Assembly: GCF_001194135.2 (NCBI RefSeq)
Contig: NC_068983.1
Coordinates: 162,472,103 to 162,536,102, forward strand
Source of the DNA: Octopus bimaculoides
Taxonomy: Eukaryota
DNA length: 64,000 bases
Direction: 5' to 3'
Positions 12,513 through 27,100 of this stretch are shown piece by piece (the first letter of the stretch is position 1; each line of letters starts with the position of its first letter). The translations under genes were made by a program, and so were the position numbers. The notes beneath the pieces were generated by a model. The model did no database searches. It worked only from the letters and a program-made list of their open reading frames with translations, and had not been told where the DNA came from.

Positions 12513-15500
12513 AATATATCTAAAATAGGTTTGCAATTTTCCGCTTGATTTTAGTCTTGCATTTAATTCAAAATTCTCAGAGCTTGCTATTGTTAGTTTT
12601 GTGGATCGTTTTGTCATATCTGTTCTCTATTCAGATCATCATCATCATCATCAGATATCTCTTATATCTGCTTTCTGAGGCAGGGTGGGTGTCTCTGCAT
12701 GTATTTCAGTAATTTATCATCTCAAACAAATGACATACTCGACATTCGTCAGGTGTTTATCGGATACACAACTTGGAACAATTATAGGCATAACAATTTT
12801 TTAGAATTGGCACTGTTAATATCATATCTGACTAGATGACTTAGCAAAGGCAGTATGAAATTCAGCCAGTATAAACAGATGACCAGTTCTTGAATATTTA
12901 CATATGTAGACTAGATTACCAGAAGAATACGTTCATACTAAATCATGAAAAGTATTTGGTGAGGCCTAAAATTTTTTTTTTCTTTTTTAAATTTTTACTT
13001 TCCAGGTGGAAGCTCTGATGATTTTAGTGACTAATTTATTACACACCATAACTAACTAAAAGTTTTGAAAATTTTTAAGAAGTTGTTAGTAAATATTTGG
13101 TTTCAAATTTTGGCACGCGGCCAAGAATTTTATGGGGAGGGAGGGTAAGTCAATTACATTTTACCCCAGTGTCCCACTGGTACCTATTTTCATCATCGTT
13201 TAACATCTGCTCTCCATGCTGGCATGGGTTGGACGGTTTGACTGAGGACTGGCAAGCCAGGAGTTCGCACCAGGCTCCAGTCTGATCTGGCGGAGTTTCT
13301 ACAGCTGGATGCCCTTCCTAATGCTAACCACTTTGATAGTATAGTGGGTGCCTTTTTCATGCCACTGGCATGGGAGCCAGTCAGGTAGCACTGGCATTGA
13401 CCACGTTTAAATGGTTTGTTTTACGTGCCACTGGCATGGGAGCCAGTCAGGCAGTACTGGCATCGGCCTCGCTTCAAAAAGATGAAGGGCAAAGTCGACC
13501 TCAGCAGCGTTTGATCTCAGAATGTAAAGATGACTGAAATACCACTAAGCATTTGGCTGGCTAAACGATCCTGCCAGCTCACCGCCTTATTGTTAGTAAG
13601 TAAATATTATATAGAAGAACGTGTATAAAGGAAACAAAACGTGTATATGTGAAGGGGGGGATTTTCAAATTTACAGTTTTTTTTATGTTAATATAATGCA
13701 TGCAACTAACCAAATTATATCACATTAGAAGAAACAATATTGTTTTCTTGCACTCGTTCCCCCTTGGATATTTTGTTATGCTTTTGCTGTTTCTATTCCA
13801 TTTTTCTTTGCATGGTTTTATTTTTTTGTCATAATTTTAGTTTAAAGATATTAAATTTAAAAACTTAATGTTTTCGTCTTGTAAGATAAACACTTTTAAA
13901 GAATGAATTATTTATTTAAAATTGTTATTCTGGTAACCAAACTGAGTTATGAAATTGGAGGCACAATGGCCCAGTGGTTAGGGTAGCGAACTCATGGTTG
14001 TAGGATCGTGGTTTCAATTCCCAGACTGGACGTTGTGAGTGTTCGAGTGAAAACGTCCAAAGCTGCATGAGGCTCTAGCAGGGGGTGGGGTGGTGGTGAA
14101 CCCTGCTGTACTCTTTCACCACAACTTTCTCTCTTTCTTTCTTCCTGTTTCTGTTGTACCTGTATTTCAAAGGGGCCAGCCTTGTCACACTCTGTGTCAT
14201 GCTGAATCTCCCCCAAGAACTACGTTAAGGATACATGTGTCTGTGGAGTACTCAGCCACTTGCATGTTAATTTCCTGAGCAGGTTGTTCTGTTGATCAGA
14301 TCAACTGGAACCCTCGCCGTAACTGACGGAGTGTCACGATTATGAAATTAAGAAACTAAAATACTTGTAAAACCTAAACTGTTTGTAAGTAGAGTATTTA
14401 AGATTATCAAGAGGACTTACTCCTGGTTTGTACATTTGCAGTTTTTCTGTCTGGAATATCTTTTATTGTTAAAGAAATTAAATGATAGAAATTATTTTAT
14501 ACATTTCTACAGTGATTGTTTATCAAATTGATATTTCTCATTTTAGTGAAATTTACTTAATGAGATCAATTATGCAAGTCGTATCTGTTATTTTTCAGTT
14601 TTTTCCTGAACAGCCTTCTCTCTCTCTCTCTTAAAAACAAATGATTGCATTCTTATTCTCATAGGTACTCAGAGGATCAAGTGCTCCTCGGATACCAGAC
14701 TGCTTTCAGAAGATTCCTAAGAAAGTGACCATTGTTGAAAATGGACAGATTTTAGCTGTTGCTGTGGATTGTGAAGGTACAAGTTTCAAGTTTTCTCTTA
14801 TTTTTTCTTTCCAACTATTTTACTACACATAAGCACAGGCAATGGCTGTGTAATAAGAAATTTGCTTCCCAACCTTACGGTTCCAGGTTTGGTTCCACTG
14901 TGTGATACCTTGTGCCAACCGAAGCCTTCTAAGTGGATTTGGTAAACGGAAACTGAAAGAAGCCTGCCATTTATTTATATTTATTTATATATATATTTCT
15001 GTAAAACTAAAAAAAAAAAAAAAAGTCAGCATCTAAATACATTGTATAAGGAAGGATATAACCACAAGATGTCTCTGGATTGTGTTTTAATTCTTTTCTT
15101 TTTTTTTTTACTGGTATAAATTATCTCATCGTCAGTGATAATTTTAGTTATTACAAGATATCTTGTGATCAGAGCTTCAGTGATTAACAGCCATTTGGTC
15201 GTCTTTATTTTTATCATTTACCACATAAGGTCGTTCGACAGCCAATTGCTTATGATGTTTATTTCTATTTTCAGGCATTCATGTGATTGCTCGATGTGGA
15301 GCCCGTCTCAGTTATATGGTTTACAATCTTAGTTCTGGTAAAGTAGAACAAAACAGCCCTTTTCCAACCGACACCCAGTCTTTCCTTGGCAATTTCGACC
15401 GACCAATTACTCTGCATAACAGTGGTGAGGTAAATATATAAACAATGTCAATGTTTTAAGGGATTACTGATTTTGGGGAAGAGGAACATAACTTTCATGT

Positions 15501-18092
15501 TCAGAGAAGACAACAGGGATTGTGATATGCAATCATAAGTTTACGTCAAGGAAATGAAATCTTGTTTCCCTAAATAAAATTTCATTTAAAACTAAAAAGA
15601 GAGACACCAAGTCTAGAAATTTAACAATTCTGAAGAAATGTGAAAGAATAAATTGAGAACTGGTGCCCAGCGGTCATATTGAGATCTCTGACACTAAATA
15701 AACTAAAAGACTCAATAGAGACAAAAGACTTGTCTTTACTGGTGTTGATTGGATTGTTTCTAGATACAGTCTGAATTTGAGTGAGTTAAAGTGGTGAACT
15801 TCTGATCAATCACTGGCACTGTTGACTCAGTCTGTTTCTCTTATCAAACATCATGTTCAGTTCTTCATGCTGTGAAAATCCTATTCTTTGCTGTGTGTTC
15901 TTGTGTCACTACAACAATATTACTTCTCCACATCTTCGATCGAAACAGAGTTTAATCTACAGGCATATCATTTCTTTCTCAGTTAACGAAAAAATGTCTC
16001 ATTGGATATGTTAGGATTTTCCAGTCTTTCAATACCAACCTGGCTGAAACCACCTCTGGCTCTGTAGTACAAATGTCTTGTTTTCATAGATTTTGAATTA
16101 AAATCTTCCACCAAACTTTAGTCACAATTTATATTCTGTTCTATATTTTAGAGATGAAGAATTCTGTACATTAGTTACATTGGATGGATATGTGTCCTCA
16201 TCTTGTTTGTTGTTACCACAATGTTTCGGCTGATTTACTCTCCAAACTTCATCAGGTATCCTGGTGGAATTTTGAACCCAACCCTGGATTCTCATTCCTA
16301 AGGTTTTTGATTCCAAGTTCAATTCCAGGCAGTGCCTTCAATAAATAATAATAATAATAATATCAAAAATACCTTAGGAATGAGAAGCCAGAACTTGGTT
16401 CAAAATTCCACCAGGACACCTGATGAAGGCTGGAGAGTAAATCAGCCGAAACGTTGTGGTAACAACAAACAGGATGAAGACACCTATCTGTGCAATGTAA
16501 AAATAATGTACAATTTATGTTCCTAACACTAGCTTAATGATAACTAAGATATTTTACTAAATTCTATGTTATATTTAAAATTAGTGCCGGTGGCACGTGT
16601 AAAGTCATTCGAGCGAGATCGTTGCCAGTGCCGCTGGACTGGCTCCTGTGCAGGTGGCATGTTGCCAGTACCGTGTGACTGGCCCTCGTGCCGATGGCCC
16701 GTAAAAGCACCCACTACACTCTTGGAGTGGTTGGCATTGGGAAGGGCATCCAGCTGTAGAAACTCTGCCAAATCAGATTGGAGCCTGGTGTAGCATCTGG
16801 TTTCACCAGTCCTCAGTCAAATCGTCCAACCCATGCTAGCATGGGAAGTGGACGTTAAACAATGATGATGAAACAAAGCATCTCAATAGAAATATGGTAA
16901 CCAAAGGATTAAAGTATTTTGATTCAGGGACACATATATCTAGTCTATAAAACATATTATTAAGACATTCTCATTTACGATAAGAGAACAATAGATTTCA
17001 ACATCACATTATTAAGGTGAGAAAACGGTAGTCTTGTGTCCTATATGCAACTCTATTCTTCGACTTGTAAGTCAATATTCCTTCTCTACAGGTAACAGAT
17101 TTTTCTTTCAATATGGAACTTACCTTTTGTTTTACAGTATTTTTTACATGTTTTTCTGTTTCATAGGAATCTCCAGTTTTGTTACGTGATGGTTGTGGAG
17201 CTATTTATCCTCTGGCCAAAGATTGCACTGATGGCATACGTGATCCATTGTGGCTTGACCTCCCACCTGTGCGTTGCCTCAGTGTTCGAGCCCAGTGTCT
17301 TTCCAATGTAGCCAGTAATATGAAGAACAAAGCTGTGATTATTGTCTTAGCTGTAGAGGTAACACCACACATTTTTAATTCTACTTATTGGATGTTCTTT
17401 TTTTTTAATATATGTATTATGCATTTTTTAATATATTTTATGCTGGAATGAGATGATTGGGTGCTGATGTATGGAAGCTGACAATTTGGCATGGCTGATT
17501 GGACATTTGACCTGTTTTGGCACAGGAAGAAGACACGCGTGCACACACACACACTGAGAAAGAGAGACAACAATAAAAGGATTAGAACGCTTGATGTGAC
17601 ATAAGACAGTGTTGAATTAGAAATACCAAACAGGTGGCACAAGAGTGTCTATGCCAAAATCTTTCCTGCCCATTTTTATACTACTTGTATATTATGTATT
17701 TTATATCTATATTTTTAGTCATTAAATAGACATGTATATAAGGTTGTGTGTTAAGAAGATTGCTTCTCAACCATATAGTTCTGAGTTCAGTCCCACTGCA
17801 TGGCACCTTGGCCAAGTGTTCTCTACTGTAGCCTCAGGCCGAGCAAAGCCTTGTGAGTGGAGATGGTAGATGGAAACTGAAAGAAGCCCATTGTGTGTGT
17901 GTGTGTGTATTTGTCTGTCTACCACCACCATTTGACAACTGGTGTTGGCTTGTCTCACGCAGAAGCTTAATCTGGATCCCTAGTTCCAGCCTCAGCTGTG
18001 AACTTGGGACCTAACGGATGACCAGTTATAGCACTTACTTAGTGTATCCATTTAGATTACCAGTGAACTAAACCCTTCATATTCTATACACA

Positions 18093-18128
<36 letters not shown>

Positions 18129-21100
18129 CTACTTGGGATCATTTATGAAGATGGTCCATTGTTTTTGGAAGAGGTTTAGATTATTTGTGAAAATAAGAAA
18201 CAACATTCGAGTGAGGGCATTGCCAGTGCCGTTGGACTGGCTCCTGTGCTGGTGACACGTAAAAACACTATTTGAGCATGGCCGTTGCCAGTATCGCCTG
18301 ACTGGCCCTCGTGCCGGTGGCACATAAAAGCACCCCCTACACTCTCTGAGTGGTTGGCGTTAGGAAAGGTTTCCAGCTGTAGAAACTCTGCCAGATCAGA
18401 TTGGAGCCTGGTGCAACCATTTGGTTCTCCAGTCCCCAGTCAAACCATCCAACCCATGCCAGCATGGAAAGCAGATGTTAAATGATGAACGTTTGTGCAA
18501 TAAGATGTATAACAAAAATATATGATTGAAGATAATGTTAAATTCTTGTATATATTGATATATTGTTACAGTTTTTCTTAAATATTCTCTTGTAGCATCA
18601 AATGCTAATTCCCCATATTCTTCGATGTGATTTGGAGAAGGTTAGAACTATTATGAGTTCTATGGAGCCAGAACATAATGGTAAGTTACAGTCTGAACAA
18701 ATATAAAACCTCTCTTCTTGAGTAATTAATTTTTCTGGAGTATTTAAAAAAAACCTGACCATTTTCCTTTTTTTTATTATGTGTAAATTCTTTGGAAGAT
18801 TACATTCCAAGAGAAGAAATATTTGGGAGAAATTGTGATTTTGTTAAAAATAACCAGTAGAAAAAAACAGTTCAAAACGATAAGATTCCTTTCCGAATAC
18901 CACGCCAATACAATAAACTGTACTGGGTTTGTGTTTTCATGGATTGGCAAAAGTAGGATTGCCAAGTAACTTGAAAGATGAGACCCCTCAGCTAAGTGTG
19001 CTTGGGGTACTATTGAGAGAGATAGCTTTGTGGCAGATGTGGAGAGGGTGAAGTAAGATAGAGGGACAGGAACAACTGTTGCTGTAGGGGAAAGGGAAAT
19101 AGAATGGTGGAGATGTGGTGTCAGGGCATAGCCTTGACATACAAGAAAATGGACAAAGAATAGGGACAGAGAATCGAGGATGATAGGCTGGGTAGGTTTG
19201 TGAGAGTGTGCAAATAAAAAAAAAAATGTACCAAATTAATGTTTCACAATATTTACTTGTGAGCCTGACCCCAAAAGTAAATAACTCTGATTCCATCTGC
19301 TGACAAAAGCATCAGGACAATTTTCTGGTATGGTTTTGGAATCTTCGTTACTACAACCATACCCTGTCAGCTTGTGCCCTCTACTGTAGCTGTGAGGGGT
19401 GAGATTGGTAGATAGAGTGGAAGAAGCCCAGTGTGTGTGTGTGGTGTGCTTGTGCACAAGGACTTGTATGTAAATTGATGGATAGAAATAGGCATGGGGA
19501 GACAATTGGTATTCTCCTTGTCTGATCCATGCAAATAATGGAAAAACATATTAGAATGACAATGATATGAAGAATGTTTTCTTTATTAAAAGAAATTTCA
19601 TTGCTTAACTATTGATGGTGCTTTTCTATTTTGCTTCTTTTTAGCTTCCACTTCATGTGGTAGTCAGCAGAGTCAAAGAACAGTTCAAGAAGTGTTGACA
19701 GAAAGATGTGATGGTAGCCGCAACATCCTCCATACTTGTGTTGCAGTTTGTGTCCCATCGTCAAATAAAGACTGTGAATCAGGTAATCTTCTTTGATTTT
19801 GGCAGAGCAAGAAATTAAGAATTAAACAACCTATATATTGGGAATTCTTGCTCAAATTTTTTTTTATAAATTAAATCTCCTGTGGGACTCTTGAATTCAA
19901 AATCTCAGAAATTAGTCTAGATCAGTGGTTCCCAACCTGGGGATCCGTGGATTCCTGGTGGTCTACAAAGGTAGTGCTGGGATCTGTGAACTAAATGCAA
20001 AATTTCATATTTATATCATCATCATCATCATTTAACGTCCATTTTCCATGCTGGCATTGGTTGGACAGTTCGACTGGGGTCTGGGAAGCCAGGAAACTGT
20101 ACCAGGCTCCAGTCTAATTTGGCAGTGTTTCCACAGCTGGATACCCTTTCTAACGCCAACCGCTAATGCAATGGGTGCCTTTTACGTGCCACCGGCACAG
20201 GCCAGAGGGGGCTGGCAACGACCATGATTGGTTGGTGCTTTTTACGTGCCACTGGCACGGAAGCCAGTCAAGGCAGCACTGGCATTGGTCATGTTTGGAT
20301 GGCACTTTTTATGTGCCACTGGCACGAGGATCACAACTACAATTTCCATTTGATTTTGGTTTTGATATATGTAAGGATAAGCATATTAAAAAGGGTCTGT
20401 GGGGAAAACTCATTTAAATAAAAGGATTGGGAACTGCTGTGAAAAGGTTGGGAACCGGTGGTCTAGATAAATAAGAGAAATGAAACCCACAAGCCCCTTA
20501 CTAGAGAGAAAAAGCTTCATTTAAGGTGCTGGTCTAACTGGACACCAACATATGGTATTATTATAAAAGTGGTTGGCATTAGGAAAGGCTCTTGTCAAAC
20601 CATCCAACCCATGCCAGCATAGAAAACAGATGTTAAATGTTGATGTTGTTATATCCATGCTTAATGAAATGATTTGTTATAAATGTAATGTCCACCTGTT
20701 AACATTGTTTTAAATCTGATGTCTAAAATGGTGCTGTTTTGTTTCCATTGCAGAGTCTTCAAGCACGGGAAATTACAACCCATGTTTGGATACGTTCAAT
20801 GCTGTCAGTAGCGCAGTTGAGACGCTGGCTTCTATTCAGGCTCGGGGGACAGACTCTACAAATCGTGGGTACGTAAGGAATGCAAATTATCTCTTTCTTC
20901 TTTTTGGTGTCAATTCTTTCCTTGGTGAACAGATGTGGCTGATGTTGCTTGGCAAAACCATTAGAATGCCAAACAAAATGCTTAGCAGCATTTTGTCTGC
21001 CATTACATTCTGAGTTCAAACACTGGGGTCAATGTAATTGTCTTACCTCCCCACAAATTATTAGTCTTTTGCCAAAATTTAAAACCATTATTATTATTAT

Positions 21101-24100
21101 TATTATTNNNNNNNNNNNNNNNNNNNNNNNNNNNNNNNNNNNNNNNNNNNNNNNNNNNNNNNNNNNNNNNNNNNNNNNNNNNNNNNNNNNNNNNNNNNNN
21201 NNNNNNNNNNNNNNNNNNNNNNNNNNNNNNNNNNNNNNNNNNNNNNNNNNNNNNNNNNNNNNNNNNNNNNNNNNNNNNNNNNNNNNNNNNNNNNNNNNNN
21301 NNNNNNNNNNNNNNNNNNNNNNNNNNNNNNNNNNNNNNNNNNNNNNNNNNTGGCCTTTTGCCCAAATTTACAACCATTATTATTATTATTATTGTTATTA
21401 TTACCTCCGCCTTAGCGAAGGTGAGGGTATTGTTTTCAATCGTGTTTGTCCGTGGACGAGATATCTCAAGAACTACTGGAGGGATTCGGATGAAACTTTC
21501 AGGGATGTTTGGCCTCTTGACTGGCATGAACTGATTAGATTTTAGGATTGTTCCAGGATTTCCTATGCGCCATCACAAGTAACAAGTGAAGAAAGAAATT
21601 TTGGCAGAAACAGTTTCAAAGTGTTGATATTAGACTAAATTTAGATTGGTCTCTTCTGTACAGTTTGGAATTAGTAGGATTCTCAATGTTTATCAATTGG
21701 AAGGCAATACTTTAAACAATTTGTTGTTTTAGTTTTTAATATTTAAAAACATATTCTCTGGTGAGTTGTCTAATTAAAATTTTTTTCATCTATTTTAAAG
21801 TGTCAGTCTCCGGGAGATGATGAGAAGAGCATCAACAACTGCTCGTGCTGTTAGTGGTCTTGATGTACGGGAATCGGATTCTATTGCAATTCCTACACTA
21901 AGCTGGCCGACAGATCCACCAGGATTTGATGCTCTCAGAGCAGGTAAGATGTTAAGACAATCCTTTCTAGGCTCTGACCAGTTTGCAGTAAAAAGCACCT
22001 GTTAGTTCCTCATAAAAATTGCACTCTGTACACTCTGCAAAGTGGTTGGCATTAGGAAGGGCATCCAGCTGTAGAAGCCGTGTCAAAACACAATTGAAGC
22101 CTGATGCAACTCTCTAGCTTTCCAGCTGTTGTCATCCCATCCAACCCATACCAGCATGGAAAGCAGATGTTAAATGATGATGCTTTATCTCACTTAGCAT
22201 ATGATAGTCAGTAGATCTATTGATGGAAACAATAATCCATTAAAATCAATTAAATTAGAGGCTAAATGGCTGAGAGGGTGAAGGTATTATACCACCAACT
22301 GGTGTATTTTCTGTTCAAATTTACTCCAGATGTTTCATTGTTATCTCCATCCTTTTAATGCTGTAAATCTGGAGTTAACTACCAATCTAAAATTCCATGG
22401 AATTTCACAAACATTTTGTTTTTAAAGGTTAACAATCAGGGTTTTTAGTTGTATCTTTTAGAAAAATTAAATCTGATCGAACTTGTAGCTGGTATAGTAT
22501 CTTTTTTTTGTTAATAGTTAAACTATTATTATTATCGACATTTTAAAATTTTACAGTAGATATATTAATCAACAATATTTTAAAAGTTCTTTAGTTTTTG
22601 TAACAGTAATATCCATTACAGCTTTGGGCTAACTGGGTTTTTATTTTTTTATTTTTTTAAAATAATGTAAACTTATATGAGCTTCAGATTTAGTTAGTCT
22701 GAATTTAAATAATTTTCAAATGCTGCAGATAAAAAGGAAAGTGATGAAGCATAACGTTATGTTTGATGTTTTGGGATGGGTTTTAGCATCTGAACAACAT
22801 CTGATTATAATGATTTTCTGTAAGAGAAAACAAGGAACAGAAAATTAAAGATTTTCTTATTTTTTTTATTGCCCACAAGGGGCTAAACATAGAGGGGACA
22901 AACAAGGACAGACCAGCAAGCTGGCAGAACTGTTTGCATGCCGGTCAAAATGCTTAGATGCATTTCGTCCCTCTTTACGCTCTGAGTTCAAACTCTACTG
23001 AGGTCTTAATTTGCCTTTCATCCTTTTGGGGGTCAATGAAATAAGTACCAGTTGTGCACTGGAGCCGATGTAGTCGACACATTCCCCTTACCCCAAAATT
23101 TCAGTCCTTGTGCCTATAGTAGAAAGGAGTTTTGTCATTAAATTAATAATTTAATTGAAAGACATGGAAGTGTATTTTAGTTAGAAATATAACAAAACAG
23201 TCGTAGATAAAAATTTGAATTTGTTGTGCTTTATTTGAAGATTTAATGTTGTTGTTAATATTTCTGCAGATAATGAACGTTCAAGTTTATCTCGACAATC
23301 ATCAAGTGGCTTTTCTACTGCTATTGGCAATGTTCAAGAACATAGCACAATATCAATGCCTCCTGTTAAATTAGAAGAAAAAGATAGAAAATATAATGCA
23401 CTTCAAATCCTGAAGCTTCTGTGCGAAAGCCCTGCTTTACAACCTCATCTGTTGGAGCTTCTCTCTGCCAAGTAAGTCTCTCTTTTTCTATTGGTGCTCT
23501 GCACCTTATTAAGCATTCAATGTGTGTGTGTAGGTGCATACACACAGACACAGTCATTAGAAGATGGAAATTAATAGTAGTAAATGGCATCTCTCTGCAG
23601 TTTGTCTTCATAAACTGTTCTCAAGTGATTCTCAATGGGGGTGGGGTGGGTCCCTATAAGATTTTGTTAAAGGTTGTGAGCAAAAAAATAGCTTATACTT
23701 CTACAATGCACAAAATATTTTAGCAATTTTTAAAAATACAATTCCTAATAATAATTATAAAGATCTAAAGGATTTTTTAAAACATTGAATGGATATGCAG
23801 GTCTAGTATAGTGAAATATTTATGCTAGCTGTGGTACTTGGTAATGTTTGCCCACGAGGGGCTCTGCTCTGTCAACCTTTTCCCTCCACCCACATTCCAT
23901 CTAATGCATAAAAAGCACTGGTGCTATGTAAATAGCACCCCAGTACTCTGTAAAGTGGTTGAAGTTAGGAAGGGTCTCCAACTGTAGAAACCATGGCAAA
24001 ACAATGGAACCTGGTGCAGCCCAAGGTCTTGCCAGCACCTGTCAAGCCGTCCAACCCATACCAGCATGGAAAACAGACTTTAAATGATGATGAATATTTG

Positions 24101-27100
24101 ATAATTCCACTGTTATATCATTAAGGTTGGGACCTTCTTGACTTCATTAACTCAACAAAAAGCTTATATATTGGCTGTGTGGTAAATAGCTTGCATACCA
24201 ACCACATGGTTTCGGGTGCAGTCCCACTGTGTGGCACCTTGGGCTAGTGTTTTCTGCTATAGCCTCAGGCCAACTAAAGCCATGTGAATAGAGTTGGTAA
24301 ATGGAAACTGAAAGAAGCCCATCGTATGTATGTGTGTATCTGTGTTTGTCTCCCACCCTACCATAGCTTGACAGCTGATGTTGGTGTGTTTACGTCCCGG
24401 TAACTTAGCGGTTCAGCAAAAAAGACACTGATGGAATAAGTACTAGGCTTACAAGGAATAAGTCCTGGGGTCGATTTGTTTGACTAAAGGTGGTGCTCCA
24501 GCATGGCCACAGTCAAATGACTGAAACAAATAAAAGAATAAAACCTCCACAGCAACCAATATTTAATAACTGAGCAATTTTCCAATGTCTTTGTCTCTAT
24601 TCACATTATTATTATTATTATTATTATTATTATGCATGAGGCTAAACTCAGTGACTGATTTCTCTCTTGGTTCTAATTGAATTGATCCTTTTTTCTTCTG
24701 CTTTCTCTTTGACAACCTTCCATAGTTGCCATTCTCTCGCTAGGCTTCCTCACAATCACTGAGGGCATTTTTTTGCTGGTTTTGTTGCTGATGGGTTTCC
24801 CTTCAATAAGATCTTCTTCCAGTACAAACTGTTTCCAAATTTACTTATTTAAATAATCTTTTTGTTTTGTTTTAAACATACGTAATCTTCATATCCAATA
24901 TTTTTGCTTCTCTTTTAGAAATGCTGAAGGCTGTACACCATTTATGCAAGCTGTATGTGGTCGGGCCTATTCTGCTGCTCTTTTACTTATGGATATCGCT
25001 AAAAAAGTGGCCTTGAAAGACAAAGAAGTTGACAAAAATGTGCTTATGACAATGTTATATCCTACTGGATCAAGCCTAGACAATTCTCCTCTCCATGTGT
25101 TATGTTGTAATGACACATGTAGTTTCACATGGACCGGTGCAGAACATATTAATCAAGTAACTATTTAAATCATTCTTTTATTTCTATTACAACATTTCTG
25201 GGTCTGTTTCATTGAGCCAGGGGTTATGTAATAACTTTACATATTTTATAATGTAATTTACATATTTTCTTTTTAACAAAATTTACATAAATTTACTTTT
25301 GGATGGGATCCCAGCTTCAGTAGTCATGGTAATCGACCCTCCTGCCACTTTTATATAATACAGTATCTCTGTAAAGTCATGGTGGGATTTCAAAACTATT
25401 TATTGGCGTAGCATCCGACACTAGACATTTCATATCCATGTTGAATAACTGACCAACTAATAAAGTTTACATACAGTTTCGTGCAGTTTGATGTGGCTTC
25501 CATTTGTTGTCCTACTCGCATTTAATTCATACTTTAGTCCACAGTTTGCCAAACTTTTTCCACCATCGACTCCCTTCAGCCACTGAAGAGATATCTGGCT
25601 ACCCCAGCTGGAGAAAATATGGTGGGGAAGAGATCATCTCAGGGTTTACTCTCAATGTACAAGAGGATGAATGCGAGGTGGGTGGGAACAGAGGATTGGG
25701 TGAAGAGACCAACAGAGGAGTAAGGGTGTAGGTGATGCCATGAATGACAAACAGGAGGAGGGGGAATGGTCAATGGCAAGTATTTTGTGTGATGGGGGGA
25801 GATGAGAAAGGTGAAAGCAGTAAGTGGGTTTGCTGAATGTGTGAAAGGGGCTAGATGTTAGGTGTTTACAGTTTTACTTCAGTAATCCCCCAAATTCTCA
25901 TTATTGATAAAAATTCTGGACAGTTTCTAAGATTGTTTTCCTCCCATTTCCTTTTGACCCTTAATAATCATGTTGTGACTACAATATCTCTTCCAAATGT
26001 TTTCAGGATATATTTGAATGTCGAACTTGTGGTCTCGTTGGCTCCCTATGTTGTTGCACTGAGTGTGCTCGTGTATGTCACAAAGGACACGATTGCAAGT
26101 AAGTGAAATGGTGTACCATTCATTTTCTGCCGAAATACTGTTTGAAAATTGTGCTTTTTTTTTTTTTTTTTTTTTAATTTTTTTAATTGCATTATCATGT
26201 CACCAAAGACTACAGTTTTGGATCATTTGATTCCTTTAGGCTTTTATATAACTGCATGTGGCCAATGACAGTACCACCTGATTGACACCCATGCTAGTGG
26301 CATGTAAAAAGCACCATTCAAGCATGGTCGGTGCTGGCTGACTGGCTCCTGTGCCGGTGGCATGTAAAAAACACCATTCAAGCTTGGTCAATGCCAGTAC
26401 CGCCTGACTGCCCCTCGTGCCGGTGGCACATAAAAAAGCACCCACAACACTCTTGGAGTGGTTGGCATTAGGAACAGCATCCAGCTGTAGAAATTTTGCC
26501 AGATCAGATTGGAGCCTCGTGTATCCATCTGGTTCACCAGCTCTCAGTCAAACTGTCCAACCCATGCCAGCATAAAAAGCGGACATTAAATGACAATGAT
26601 GATGTTGATGGCAAAAATGCAAAACAGAAAAGTTTCCTGTTCCTTCTTCTGTAAAACCTGAACAAAAGAATTGGACTTTAGTATTCTCCCTTAGTTCTTA
26701 CTACCCTCCTCTCTTACACCTCCAGCCACCTATTATAATTAATACCCTATATTATTAAATACTTGTCTATATAGTCAAAATAACAGTACAGGGTGGCCCA
26801 AAAGTAGTTTTACAGTTATCACGTAGGCACTTTAAATTTCTTTTAAAGCATTCCATTACATTAAAATTTCTATCTTACAATTAACTAAATTAGCATAGTG
26901 TAATGGTTTCATATATTTTTGTAATTAAGATCTAAGCTGTTAATATATGAATGCAAAAGAGATAGTTGAATAACTGTAAACCTACTTTTGGGCCATCCTG
27001 TATATACCAATTAAGATCAAATTTTTTCTTTGATAGTCTTCTATAGATTTTGGTCGACCAAATCCTTCTGAATGGATTTGGTAGGTGAAGGTGAAAGAAG

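Noticed and set aside
21066-21393. Apparent direct repeat CTTTTGCC.AAATTTA.AACCATTATTATT on both sides of a gap
   Set aside because: It flanks an N gap and may be the same locus assembled twice; cannot be supported as a real duplication.
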